A stretch of DNA of 56,311 bases, from IMG/VR virus record IMGVR_UViG_3300036833_000194, positions 1-56,311 of that record; one strand, given 5' to 3'. Positions 1 through 8,271 of this stretch are shown here, in pieces. The first letter of the stretch is position 1. Each line of letters starts with the position of its first letter. The notes beneath the pieces were generated by a model. That model did not search any database. It saw nothing but the letters and a program-made list of their open reading frames with translations, and was not told the DNA's origin. This stretch comes from a virus. Taxonomy: Duplodnaviria; Caudoviricetes. The position numbers and the translations under genes are program-made.

Positions 1-74
1 GACGCCTTGCCCAAGGGCTTGTCGATCACCGTGACCGGGAGCGGCGCAGGGCGCGTGCCAACTCCAATTCGAGA

Positions 75-698
75 TTAAGTGGCTCCGACGCCTACTCCGT
101 AGAGCCTGGCCGTGATCACTGCGCCGGCCGACGCAGATGCCTCGATTGCCTCGCCGAACGCACGCCCGCTGGTTCCAGTGGCCCAAGGGACGGCTACTCC
201 AGCAAGCGTCGATGAGTTCATGAGGACACTACCACCGACGATCGAGCTCGATCCGCTAACGATCTTCGTGATACCCGCGAATGCGATGTCAGACGCTTGC
301 CCGCCAGCCGGCTTATTCTGGAGCACGCCGTAAATCGTGGTATTGGCGGTGGAGAGGTTCTGGAACGTCGTCGAGCAGAACGTGACGATGCGCGCCGAGC
401 TCAGCGTAACAAGCAGGAACTGCCCGCTACCGCTGGGCCCTGCAAGCGTTGTCCCGGTGATGGTCGAGTTGCGGGCGTCTGTCGTTGTGGACAGCGTACA
501 CTGCGCGCCGTCCTTGAGCCAGACACCCTCCGTGGCCATCTTGATCTTGTCGAGCACCGCCGCGAGGGATCTCAGAGATTTCGAGCTCGGCACGAACCGC
601 TCGGCGACGCGTGGCCTGCGGAGAATCGCATTGCGGCGACCCTCGTCGAGCCCCAGCAACGCCAAGGCTTGATCGATTTTTTCTCTAGTGACGGCCAT
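75..698 (-). CDS. Capsid decoration/cement-like protein (DUF2190-like)
   Basis: Small G/T/S/A-rich protein with the YGVLQNKP...G.A.EA pattern, directly downstream of the scaffold gene. An internal start (MATEG) is possible. Confidence 0.6.
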   Translation of the reverse strand: MAVTREKIDQALALLGLDEGRRNAILRRPRVAERFVPSSKSLRSLAAVLDKIKMATEGVWLKDGAQCTLSTTTDARNSTITGTTLAGPSGSGQFLLVTLSSARIVTFCSTTFQNLSTANTTIYGVLQNKPAGGQASDIAFAGITKIVSGSSSIVGGSVLMNSSTLAGVAVPWATGTSGRAFGEAIEASASAGAVITARLYGVGVGAT

Positions 699-724
699 GG
701 CTATCCCACTTTCCCCTTTAGAGG

Positions 725-2143
725 TCAGGCTGCGCGGTGAATCTTGGCCATGCGCTCATCGCGCTCGCGCGCCGCAAGCTCGCGGTTGGCCGGATCCGAC
801 ATGACCTTGTCGAACGCCTGGGCCTCGGTGAGGTCCGGCTTGGTCTTGCGCAGCTCGGAAGCCTTCGCGGTGAGTTCCGCCATGGCGCTGCCGTCGCTTC
901 CCGCCGCCGTGCCTTGGGACGTGCCGAACTCGGCGAACACCTTGCCGGTCTTCTCCATCTCCTTCGCGGCCTTGGCGATCTGCTTGCACTGGTCTTCCCA
1001 GGCTTTCATGGCATCGCGGTCGCCGCGCCGCGCCTTCATCAAGACCTCGCCCGCGTTCGACGCGGTCATCCCGAGTTCCTTGGCGTCCTTCTTGGCGACA
1101 TCGAGCGCCCGCTCGTCCTCGATCGCCTGAAGCCGCTTCTGCAGCGCCTCGTTGTCGGACCGCATCTGCTTGTAGATCGGGTCTTCCTCGTAACGCTTTT
1201 TCGTCTTGTCCATCTCGCCGTCGCGCTCGTCGGGCGACATCGCCTCAAACTTCTTCTTGTCGGTGTCGGACAGGCCGTCGTGGAATGCCTTGTGCTTGGC
1301 CGACATCTTGGCAATGACGTTCTCGCGCTGGAGCTTGGCGATCTCCTCGTCGGCCTTCGTCTTCACCTCGCCGACCGCTTTCGCGACAGCTTCATCGATG
1401 ATCTTCTGTACCGCGGGAGAGACGGTCGTGTTCGTGGTCATGATCTTCCCCATTTCGTCATCGTCATCATCGTCCGCCTCTGGGTCGATGTTTTGGAGGT
1501 ACTCGCAGAATTGCTCATAGCTGTCCGCTATGGCCTTGGCCTTGTCGCCAGCGTCGGCATCGTCGTCCTGGACGATCGAGCGGACCGAGCACTCGAACGC
1601 GTACAGCGCTTGGCGCACGCAGGACAGCAGGTCTTCCGCGTCCTCGCTCGCTTCGACGACACCCTGCGCATCCTCGAAGTCCATCGCGCCTTTGGCGATG
1701 CGGTCTGCGACGAGCGCGAGCACCTTGCCGATGGTGCCGCTGCGCTTGCTCCAAGATTCCGGGAGCACGTCGGTGGCGCCGAGCGTCTTGGCCCGCGCCT
1801 TGATGTGGGCCTTGGCCTTCGCCGGGTCTTTGGCACGACCGATGGCCTGGATGGCGTTCTTGAGGTCAGACTTGTTGTGGATAGGAAAACTGCCATCAGG
1901 CAATGCAGCCCCGCTCTCGGCGGCGGAATCGCGCTCGGCCTGCGTGAACTCGCGCTTAAGGTAGGCCAGCGCCGCATCGGGAAGGTCAGCGCCGAACGAG
2001 ATGGGCTTGTTGTAGATGCCCGGAACGCCGTCGCGGTGCTTGCCGGCATCGCGCTTGGTCAGCACGACCCTCACGCCGCGGCCCGCGCCGGAATCAACGC
2101 TGCTGACATCGTCAATGCGCAGATTTCTCAAAATCTTCGCCAT
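725..2143 (-). CDS. Capsid scaffold-like protein with DUF6582-like domain
   Basis: Begins MAKILRNLRIDDVSSVD..A..G.RVVL.KR, a motif seen at the end of XkdF-type head proteases. Contains ALPDGSFPIHNKSDLKNAIQAIGRAKDP and a long helical A/K/E-rich C-terminus. Start moved from 2272 to ATG 2143. Confidence 0.7.
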   Translation of the reverse strand: MAKILRNLRIDDVSSVDSGAGRGVRVVLTKRDAGKHRDGVPGIYNKPISFGADLPDAALAYLKREFTQAERDSAAESGAALPDGSFPIHNKSDLKNAIQAIGRAKDPAKAKAHIKARAKTLGATDVLPESWSKRSGTIGKVLALVADRIAKGAMDFEDAQGVVEASEDAEDLLSCVRQALYAFECSVRSIVQDDDADAGDKAKAIADSYEQFCEYLQNIDPEADDDDDDEMGKIMTTNTTVSPAVQKIIDEAVAKAVGEVKTKADEEIAKLQRENVIAKMSAKHKAFHDGLSDTDKKKFEAMSPDERDGEMDKTKKRYEEDPIYKQMRSDNEALQKRLQAIEDERALDVAKKDAKELGMTASNAGEVLMKARRGDRDAMKAWEDQCKQIAKAAKEMEKTGKVFAEFGTSQGTAAGSDGSAMAELTAKASELRKTKPDLTEAQAFDKVMSDPANRELAARERDERMAKIHRAA

Positions 2144-2225
2144 GCCAATGCCTATTACGGCTGGCACTTTTCGGTGTATATTCCCCGTTGTCGGGTGCCA
2201 ATCATTCGCCGAGATGAACCAATCG

Positions 2226-2516
2226 ATGCCAAACGGACCGCAAGTAACGTTGCTCTCGCTCAAAATCGGCAAGTTGTTCGTTGCCGAGCCGCACCGCCGC
2301 CGATGGAACTACCAGATCGCCAAGGACGTCGGCACCGACCCCGCGAACAGCCACGGCATCCTGGCAGACATGGAACGCCGAGGCTGGATCAGAGGCGTGA
2401 AGGAATATGACAACGGCAGCATGGGCCGGGCGGCGCGCAAATTATACGGATTGACAGGCACCGGAGCCGAGGCAATAGGAGCGCTGCTTAAGCCCCTTCA
2501 GTTGGCGTCGTCATAG
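2226..2516 (+). CDS. PadR-family winged-helix regulator
   Basis: YQIAKDVG...HGILADMERRGWI...ARKLYGLTGTG matches the PadR pattern. Confidence 0.75.
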   Translation: MPNGPQVTLLSLKIGKLFVAEPHRRRWNYQIAKDVGTDPANSHGILADMERRGWIRGVKEYDNGSMGRAARKLYGLTGTGAEAIGALLKPLQLASS

Positions 2517-2607
2517 ATGATTGCGGCGGCCCGTTAGATTGGAGGTCTCTGCCTACATGGAGAGATTGAGCCAAGGGTGACTTTGGCTTACCAACGGGCC
2601 ACCGGAG

Positions 2608-3051
2608 TCATCCGTCTGCCGTCCGCTTGTAGCAGCGGATTTTCGGCACACCGCCCCTCTCAACATAGTACCAAACCACCGGATTCCCCGTCGGGTTCTG
2701 TCCGCCGCGGATGATGACATCCTCTGGCACATCCATCCATTCGGTGCGCGCTTGAATGCGGTTCGCCGTCTCGCCGACTTGATGGGCGTAGTCGTAATAA
2801 AAATAAGTGAACCGCGTTTGCAGATGGCCCGTTTCTGGGTCGCGCTGCTCATCGGCCTGGGTGCCATCGGCGTCATCGCAGCACGGAACCCCGCCTGGAG
2901 AGCGCTGGGCCTTGAACCACTCGCTGATTGCAGGATCAACTTGCGCATACTGACCCGGGTAGAGTTCTCGGGCATAGGCAAGTGTTGCCACCGTGAGCAG
3001 AACCAGCGCGATGGCCACGATGATGAGCGCGTTGATGATGCGGTCGATCAT
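2608..3051 (-). CDS. Secreted/membrane-anchored hypothetical protein
   Basis: Signal peptide, then PCCDDADG...WMDVPEDVI...NPTGNPVVW...IRC. I recall this family from Rhizobiales and their phages. Confidence 0.7.
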   Translation of the reverse strand: MIDRIINALIIVAIALVLLTVATLAYARELYPGQYAQVDPAISEWFKAQRSPGGVPCCDDADGTQADEQRDPETGHLQTRFTYFYYDYAHQVGETANRIQARTEWMDVPEDVIIRGGQNPTGNPVVWYYVERGGVPKIRCYKRTADG

Positions 3052-3299
3052 CGTGTCGGTTCCTTTGTGACGCGTTCAATGGCCGCAAGATAGAGTGCGG
3101 CGTCTTCTAGAATCTCATTCACGAACGTCGGAACATCCTTCTTCTTTTCATCGAAAAACTTGCGCATCACAGGAATGCAGGAAGGCTCTTTCGAGAACTT
3201 CTGCTCGGCTCCAACCAATCCTCCACGGATGCAATGCTGGCGCCACATCACGGCCGCCAAATAGATGATCCGATCCTCGTCGCTGTATTCAGGCATCAA
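3048..3299 (-). CDS. Hypothetical protein
   Basis: Overlaps both neighbours (coupled) and has a GGGAGG RBS. Confidence 0.6.
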   Translation of the reverse strand: MMPEYSDEDRIIYLAAVMWRQHCIRGGLVGAEQKFSKEPSCIPVMRKFFDEKKKDVPTFVNEILEDAALYLAAIERVTKEPTR

Positions 3300-4122
3300 T
3301 AGCCTCCCTCATGGTCAGCGCGCGATCTACCGCACGAACAGCATCAGCGATGATCTCGGCGCCAAGAAGACGAATGACGCGGAAACCTTGGCCTCTGTGA
3401 AATGCATCTCGCTGCGCATCATGCTCAGCAGCTCCCGGCCTTGAATGCCAATATTCTCCGTCGCATTCAATGATGGTCTTTTGTTCTGGCAAGAAAAAAT
3501 CCACGCGGTAAGGACCGATAAATTTTTGCTGCGAGAATGCGACGCCTCGACGCCTCAATTCACTGGCTACTGATCGTTCGAGGCTTGAAATTGTGATGTC
3601 CGCTGAAGCGGCGTGACCGGCAGCTATCCATCCGCGCAAATGTTCAGCTTTTCTGACCGGAGATACCGACTTCCAGTAGCGCAGCAAGCCTTCGCTCGTT
3701 CGTTGCGCATGAAGCTGCTTAAATGCTGGATCAGAATGCCTCTGCCGAGACAGACCTGAGAGTTTCACTTTCATTTCTGGGCGAGCATGGGCCGTGCGAA
3801 TTGATGCATTTCTTCGCGCTATGATCGACTGATCTCTTAGCGATTCAAGCGCCGCCGTTGGGCGTCTTCCTTTGAGAGATGCATATGGTTCGGCAGTGGG
3901 ATCACCGCGTTTTTTCCACCGCTGCCAATGCAGATAACACCAGCCTCTAGCGCGAGCGCGCCTGCCACAGCCATCGATAGAGCATATTTTTAAAGGCTTT
4001 CTTTGTCCACCTCCGGGCAACACGATCGAACAATCTCCGTGTTTCCTATGTCTCTCGTAATGCATCGAACACCAGCCTCGCGATCTGGCCGGCTTCTCAC
4101 ACCCATCTATTTGACAAATCAT
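3289..4122 (-). CDS. Free-standing putative homing endonuclease (two Zn ribbons + DUF559/Vsr-like domain)
   Basis: Two C.IDGC...ARxRGWC..H repeats. C-terminal SSLE...Q.FIGPYRVDF.....IIECDGEYWH...D..RD. Start overlaps the protease stop (ATGA). Confidence 0.8.
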   Translation of the reverse strand: MICQIDGCEKPARSRGWCSMHYERHRKHGDCSIVLPGGGQRKPLKICSIDGCGRRARARGWCYLHWQRWKKRGDPTAEPYASLKGRRPTAALESLRDQSIIARRNASIRTAHARPEMKVKLSGLSRQRHSDPAFKQLHAQRTSEGLLRYWKSVSPVRKAEHLRGWIAAGHAASADITISSLERSVASELRRRGVAFSQQKFIGPYRVDFFLPEQKTIIECDGEYWHSRPGAAEHDAQRDAFHRGQGFRVIRLLGAEIIADAVRAVDRALTMREAIDA

Positions 4123-6110
4123 ACTTCTTCTCGAATTGCCTTGCCGCCTATACTGAATTCTGGAAGCGTTCCTGATTTCACTTTGGCCCATGTTTCCGGA
4201 CAATCCACGCGAAAACCGACGAACCATCCTACCATCCCCAGGTCAACGTTGAGAACGGCCTGCTTCTGCAGCGTGAAAACCATCGATTCGACGAGGCGCC
4301 CGACGCCGGCCCGCTCGTGCATATCGCCCTGCTGGCGGCAGTAGAGCACGTAGTCATAGGCCGCCTTCTCTAGCTCGTCCTCCGGGATGATATCCCCCTG
4401 CTTGTCCACGACGTCTTCCCCGCCGACGGAAGCGATCGAGGCCCAACCGAAGACGAGTTGCTGATCGTCGACCTTCGCAACAACATCGAACGGGATGGAC
4501 CAGTCCTCTTCTTGGCCCTTGCGCATCCCCTCGACGTCACCGAGCACGTGGCCGCTGCAGCCAACCTTGTGCCATTGCCCCATCTCGACGCCACACTCCG
4601 GGCACTTGACGACGGCGCGGAACCTCTTGTCGACCTCGACGGCATTGTCCTGCACCGTCAGGTCGGCGAACCTCACCGGCGCAGTCTTCCGCCCGGTGAG
4701 CAGATGCGCCGCGAGGCGGTGGTGGCCGTCCGCGATGATGTTTCTGCCGTTGAACCTGACGACCACTGGGAGCTTGTCAGGCTCATTGTCGGCCATGCTC
4801 TGAACCTTGTCGGGGTCGACGCGGTTCTGGATGGCTACTAGCGAGTTCAAGCTGATCGTTTTGACCGGCAGATCATCCTGGTCGGTGAGCGCGGCGAGGA
4901 ACCGCGGCGCCTGATCGGAACGCAAGTCCGCGAGCGCATCCTGGGCCCACGGGAAAGGCGTCTTGGCCATGCTGCTGTCGCCGTCCAGCGGGTAGAGATG
5001 CAACGCGACGTTGATGCCGTCGTCGTCGCCCTGCTTCGCGACCGCGTTCTCGTCGTCCTGCTTGCCGGCGAGAGCGTCGACGTCGACGTCGAGCTCCATC
5101 ACCGCGCCTGGCGGTTCGCCCTTCTTTGTGAACTCCTTGAGGTCGATCGAGTGGTCGCTCGGCTGGCCAGCCTCGTCCCATGCGTTGAACAGCCGCTCGT
5201 TGCGGTGGTGGGTCACGATGACGAGCTTGTTACCGCCGGCCTTGCGGATCGCCTCCGCCAACCCGGAGAAAGCGCGCTTCCTGAAATCGTTGAAGCTTTC
5301 TCCTTCTGGTACCGGTTCATCTGGCTTGTTCTCGATGTACTCGGCGATCTTTGGCATGGCATCCTTGGTGCTCTTACCCGTGAACTTGCCGAGGTCCCAC
5401 GGCCGCAGCTTTGCGCTGAACGTCGGCTTGACGCCAATGATGTCGCCGATGATGCCGGCGGTCTCCTTGGCCCTCTCCAGGTCTGACGAGACGATGGCCT
5501 CCACGCCGCCGATCTTATCGAGTTTGTCGCCGGTCCGGCGCGCCTCATCGCGCCCTTCCTCGACGAGCGGAACGTCCAGCCACGACCTGATGCGGTCCTG
5601 GGACGTGTCCACCTCATTGTTCATCTTGGTCTTGCCATGGCGGACGACGAGGACGGTGACGATCTTGCCAGTTTTCGTCTTCTTCTTGCCAACGGCATCA
5701 CCATCGTCTGCGGGCTCAACGATGCGAGCGCCGCCCTTGATCTCGGCGATCGTTGTCAGGAAATCCTTGCGGCGGCGCCGACGCCCCTCGTTGCCGAGCG
5801 CTGTCGTGGCATGAACGTCGCCGGCGGACGGCTGCTGTTTAGCCACGGCATCCGCGGCCGTGTCATCGGGGTTGAACATGTCCCTCAGACGCTGAGACAG
5901 GTCGGACCGCTCATAGAGCTGGCAATAACCGCTTGGTTGGATGTCTTCAACATCAGTGCACTCGGACGGAGGAACGAACATGCTACAGGACGAGCACTGC
6001 TTGTCGCCGAGCGGGTGGTCCTGGTAGCCAGCCTTGACGTGGTTCTTCAGCTTGGCGATGCGAGTCTCGGTCTTGCCAACCTCGGTGATCGCCTCTGTGA
6101 ACGTGAGCAT
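4119..6110 (-). CDS. Multi-domain prohead protease: HiPIP-like + histidine phosphatase + ParB/Srx-like + Zn finger + XkdF-like serine protease
   Basis: YQDHP...CSSCSMF...C...I.PSGYC; VRHG...SSDLERAKETA...GES...IVTH; PVVV..NGR.IIADGHHR; CPECG...H..GC; QQLVFGWA...VVDKQGDII..ELEKAAY...MH...FSIGG. Confidence 0.85.
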   Translation of the reverse strand: MLTFTEAITEVGKTETRIAKLKNHVKAGYQDHPLGDKQCSSCSMFVPPSECTDVEDIQPSGYCQLYERSDLSQRLRDMFNPDDTAADAVAKQQPSAGDVHATTALGNEGRRRRRKDFLTTIAEIKGGARIVEPADDGDAVGKKKTKTGKIVTVLVVRHGKTKMNNEVDTSQDRIRSWLDVPLVEEGRDEARRTGDKLDKIGGVEAIVSSDLERAKETAGIIGDIIGVKPTFSAKLRPWDLGKFTGKSTKDAMPKIAEYIENKPDEPVPEGESFNDFRKRAFSGLAEAIRKAGGNKLVIVTHHRNERLFNAWDEAGQPSDHSIDLKEFTKKGEPPGAVMELDVDVDALAGKQDDENAVAKQGDDDGINVALHLYPLDGDSSMAKTPFPWAQDALADLRSDQAPRFLAALTDQDDLPVKTISLNSLVAIQNRVDPDKVQSMADNEPDKLPVVVRFNGRNIIADGHHRLAAHLLTGRKTAPVRFADLTVQDNAVEVDKRFRAVVKCPECGVEMGQWHKVGCSGHVLGDVEGMRKGQEEDWSIPFDVVAKVDDQQLVFGWASIASVGGEDVVDKQGDIIPEDELEKAAYDYVLYCRQQGDMHERAGVGRLVESMVFTLQKQAVLNVDLGMVGWFVGFRVDCPETWAKVKSGTLPEFSIGGKAIREEV

Positions 6111-6237
6111 CTCGCTTGCCTCCCATGGCGGGGAGGATTGCTCTACACCGAAAAGCCGCTCTCGTCGAGGTATCAGGGCCTAAAACACGTCTCGGGCCGA
6201 CAAAATACCGCCATGGCTAACAGAATTAACGTCGTCA

Positions 6238-7122
6238 TCACGCACCTCCCTGCCACGAGAATCCAGACGGCCCGGTGCCTGTCGTGAACAAAGTCGTGCG
6301 TCCTGTTCCATCAATATTGATGGTTCCCACACCAGTAACCTCTGGTGGGGTGAAGCTGTATATCGGCAGCGTCGGTCTCAAAATTTTGCTGCTGTCCGGC
6401 GACCAAGCGGGGTCATCTCCGGGTACGAGCAATCGCTGATTGCTGCCATTGCTATCCATGAGCCATATGTTCCAAGTGGCAAAAATCTCAAGGTCGGTCG
6501 ATGTCGGCCCGCTGGTTCCATTCCGCAAACCTGCACTCAAATTATTGTCGCCAACACCCTGAAAATACGCAATGGTCCTGAAATCCGGAGACCACACAGG
6601 GGCTTTCTGCTCAATAGGGAAACCTGTGGTCGGATCGGTCGTCGTATGTGTCATCTGAGTCATGATGGTGCCGTCTGCACTCATCACCCAGAGATTGAAG
6701 GTTCCGCTTCTATTGGACGAAAACGCAATGTGCTGGCCATCTGGTGCGTAGGTCGGCGCGAGGTCGATGAAATTTCCAGATGTAATTTGCTTTTTCCCGG
6801 TCCCATCCACCTTCATGGTCCAGATATGATCACCAGACACATACGCCAATGATTGAGTGTCGGGTGACCAACGTGGAATCATATTAATCGGCGGATCATT
6901 GGAGTTAGTCAGCGGATGATCTCCACTCCCGTCTGCTGCCATGAGTCGAATCGAACTGCTTTGGTCAGAAGCCCGATCCACATACACTATGGCGTCTCCG
7001 CCTGGAGACCAGCACGGGTACATTGCTTTGTTCGCGCTGTGCGTCAATTGCGTTCTCTGTGTGCCGTCTTGGCTAACTTTTAATATCTGGTTGCTGTACG
7101 AAACAGCGATAAGACCACTCAT
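6238..7122 (-). CDS. TolB-like beta-propeller (PD40 repeats)
   Basis: Repeated P.WSPDG..IA(F/Y)...IW.M..DG motifs. Start at MSGLIAV with RBS AGGAGGGAG. Confidence 0.85.
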   Translation of the reverse strand: MSGLIAVSYSNQILKVSQDGTQRTQLTHSANKAMYPCWSPGGDAIVYVDRASDQSSSIRLMAADGSGDHPLTNSNDPPINMIPRWSPDTQSLAYVSGDHIWTMKVDGTGKKQITSGNFIDLAPTYAPDGQHIAFSSNRSGTFNLWVMSADGTIMTQMTHTTTDPTTGFPIEQKAPVWSPDFRTIAYFQGVGDNNLSAGLRNGTSGPTSTDLEIFATWNIWLMDSNGSNQRLLVPGDDPAWSPDSSKILRPTLPIYSFTPPEVTGVGTINIDGTGRTTLFTTGTGPSGFSWQGGA

Positions 7123-7150
7123 GCTCTCCCTCCTTCTGTCGGTATTTGCG

Positions 7151-7459
7151 TCACGCCGCCCCACGCTGCGCCTCCGCCGGATCGATGCGCATCTTGCGCT
7201 CGAGCAGCAGTGCCGCGTCATAGGCCAGCCGCGAGGCTTGGACGGCCCGCGCCGCCTCCGCCGTCCGGCTCTGCGCGTCTTTGAGCGCCTGCCTAGCTTT
7301 GTTCTCGGCGACCTGCGCTGCATCCCGCTCAAGTTCAGCGCGGGACATATCCAGAAGCGCCTTCTCCACATGGAGCGGACGCGGCGTAGACGCGACGCTG
7401 ACGGCGACTGAGCCGGCCAATCGCTTCAGGCTCGTGTCATCGACAGAGCGATCCATCAT
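7151..7459 (-). CDS. Hypothetical coiled-coil protein
   Basis: A/E/R-rich helical ORF coupled to the upstream ORF. Confidence 0.55.
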   Translation of the reverse strand: MMDRSVDDTSLKRLAGSVAVSVASTPRPLHVEKALLDMSRAELERDAAQVAENKARQALKDAQSRTAEAARAVQASRLAYDAALLLERKMRIDPAEAQRGAA

Positions 7460-7653
7460 AATTTTCTTTCCTGCAAAACGGCGTCAATCTTCCGCCTAAC
7501 AAGATCATAAGCGTTTTCATTCTCCACATCTACCGGGAACCCAATGGCCGCTTCTGGGATGCTGATCTTGCCTCCCATCACTTGGCTGGTAGGTTTAGCG
7601 ACCGCCAGACTAAGCAGGCCAATGATAGCTTGCATCAATGCCCGGCGGTTCAT
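7456..7653 (-). CDS. Small hypothetical protein with twin-Arg-like N-terminus
   Basis: MNRRALMQAIIGLLSLAVA. Confidence 0.5.
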   Translation of the reverse strand: MNRRALMQAIIGLLSLAVAKPTSQVMGGKISIPEAAIGFPVDVENENAYDLVRRKIDAVLQERKL

Positions 7654-7654
7654 T

Positions 7655-7843
7655 TCAGTTGAACCTGTTCGCGAGCGCCCTCTTAGCCACGTCCATCGCC
7701 GGGCCAGGGATGGTGGCAATCACCATGAGCGCGTTCCGATAGCGGTCCACCTCAGCATAGATCCGCGCCAACTCCTCGTGGAGCTCGGAATTCTCCTTGC
7801 CGACGGCGATCAGCGCTTGGATCGGATCTTCCAGGATATTCAT
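7655..7843 (-). CDS. Hypothetical protein
   Basis: 62-aa ORF with GGGGA RBS, abutting the next ORF. Confidence 0.5.
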   Translation of the reverse strand: MNILEDPIQALIAVGKENSELHEELARIYAEVDRYRNALMVIATIPGPAMDVAKRALANRFN

Positions 7844-8055
7844 AGGCTATCCCCCGTAAAGGAAAAGGGCGCCGTCACTAGGCGGCGCCAAGATTTGGGA
7901 GGAATACCATCATGGACCGAAGTCCACGACCAAAAAACCTTGCCATAGTCTACTCCGCTGCGTCAACCTTTTCTTCTTATACTTTCCTCGCCGCAGCCGT
8001 ACCCGCCAGTCTGCTTTGCCAAGCATTGCCGCCAATAAGCCTAGTCAACAAGAAC

Positions 8056-8130
8056 CCTGCCCTGCCGCGCCGTACCTCGCTGCGCCTCGCCATACCGCAC
8101 CACGCCCAGCCGTGCCCAGCCGCGCCTCGC
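8056..8130. repeat. Degenerate pentanucleotide tandem array (15 x CNNRC)
   Basis: cctgc cctgc cgcgc cgtac ctcgc tgcgc ctcgc catac cgcac cacgc ccagc cgtgc ccagc cgcgc ctcgc; one unit starts with T. Confidence 0.85.
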
Positions 8131-8271
8131 CCCGCCGCGGTTAGCCTTCATCTGGACCAATCGTCTTGCCGCCGCGAAGCAACTCCTCGATCTTATTCAT
8201 GCGGTTGTCGAAGTGTTGATGCATAGTGAGGATAGCCTGCATCGTAATGAGTTAGCCTTACATCAGCTATA

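Noticed and set aside
737-2410. Long + strand ORFs opposite real genes (also 39916-41421, 49838-51202, 38439-39329)
   Set aside because: Antisense shadows of high-GC coding sequence with no motifs or RBS.
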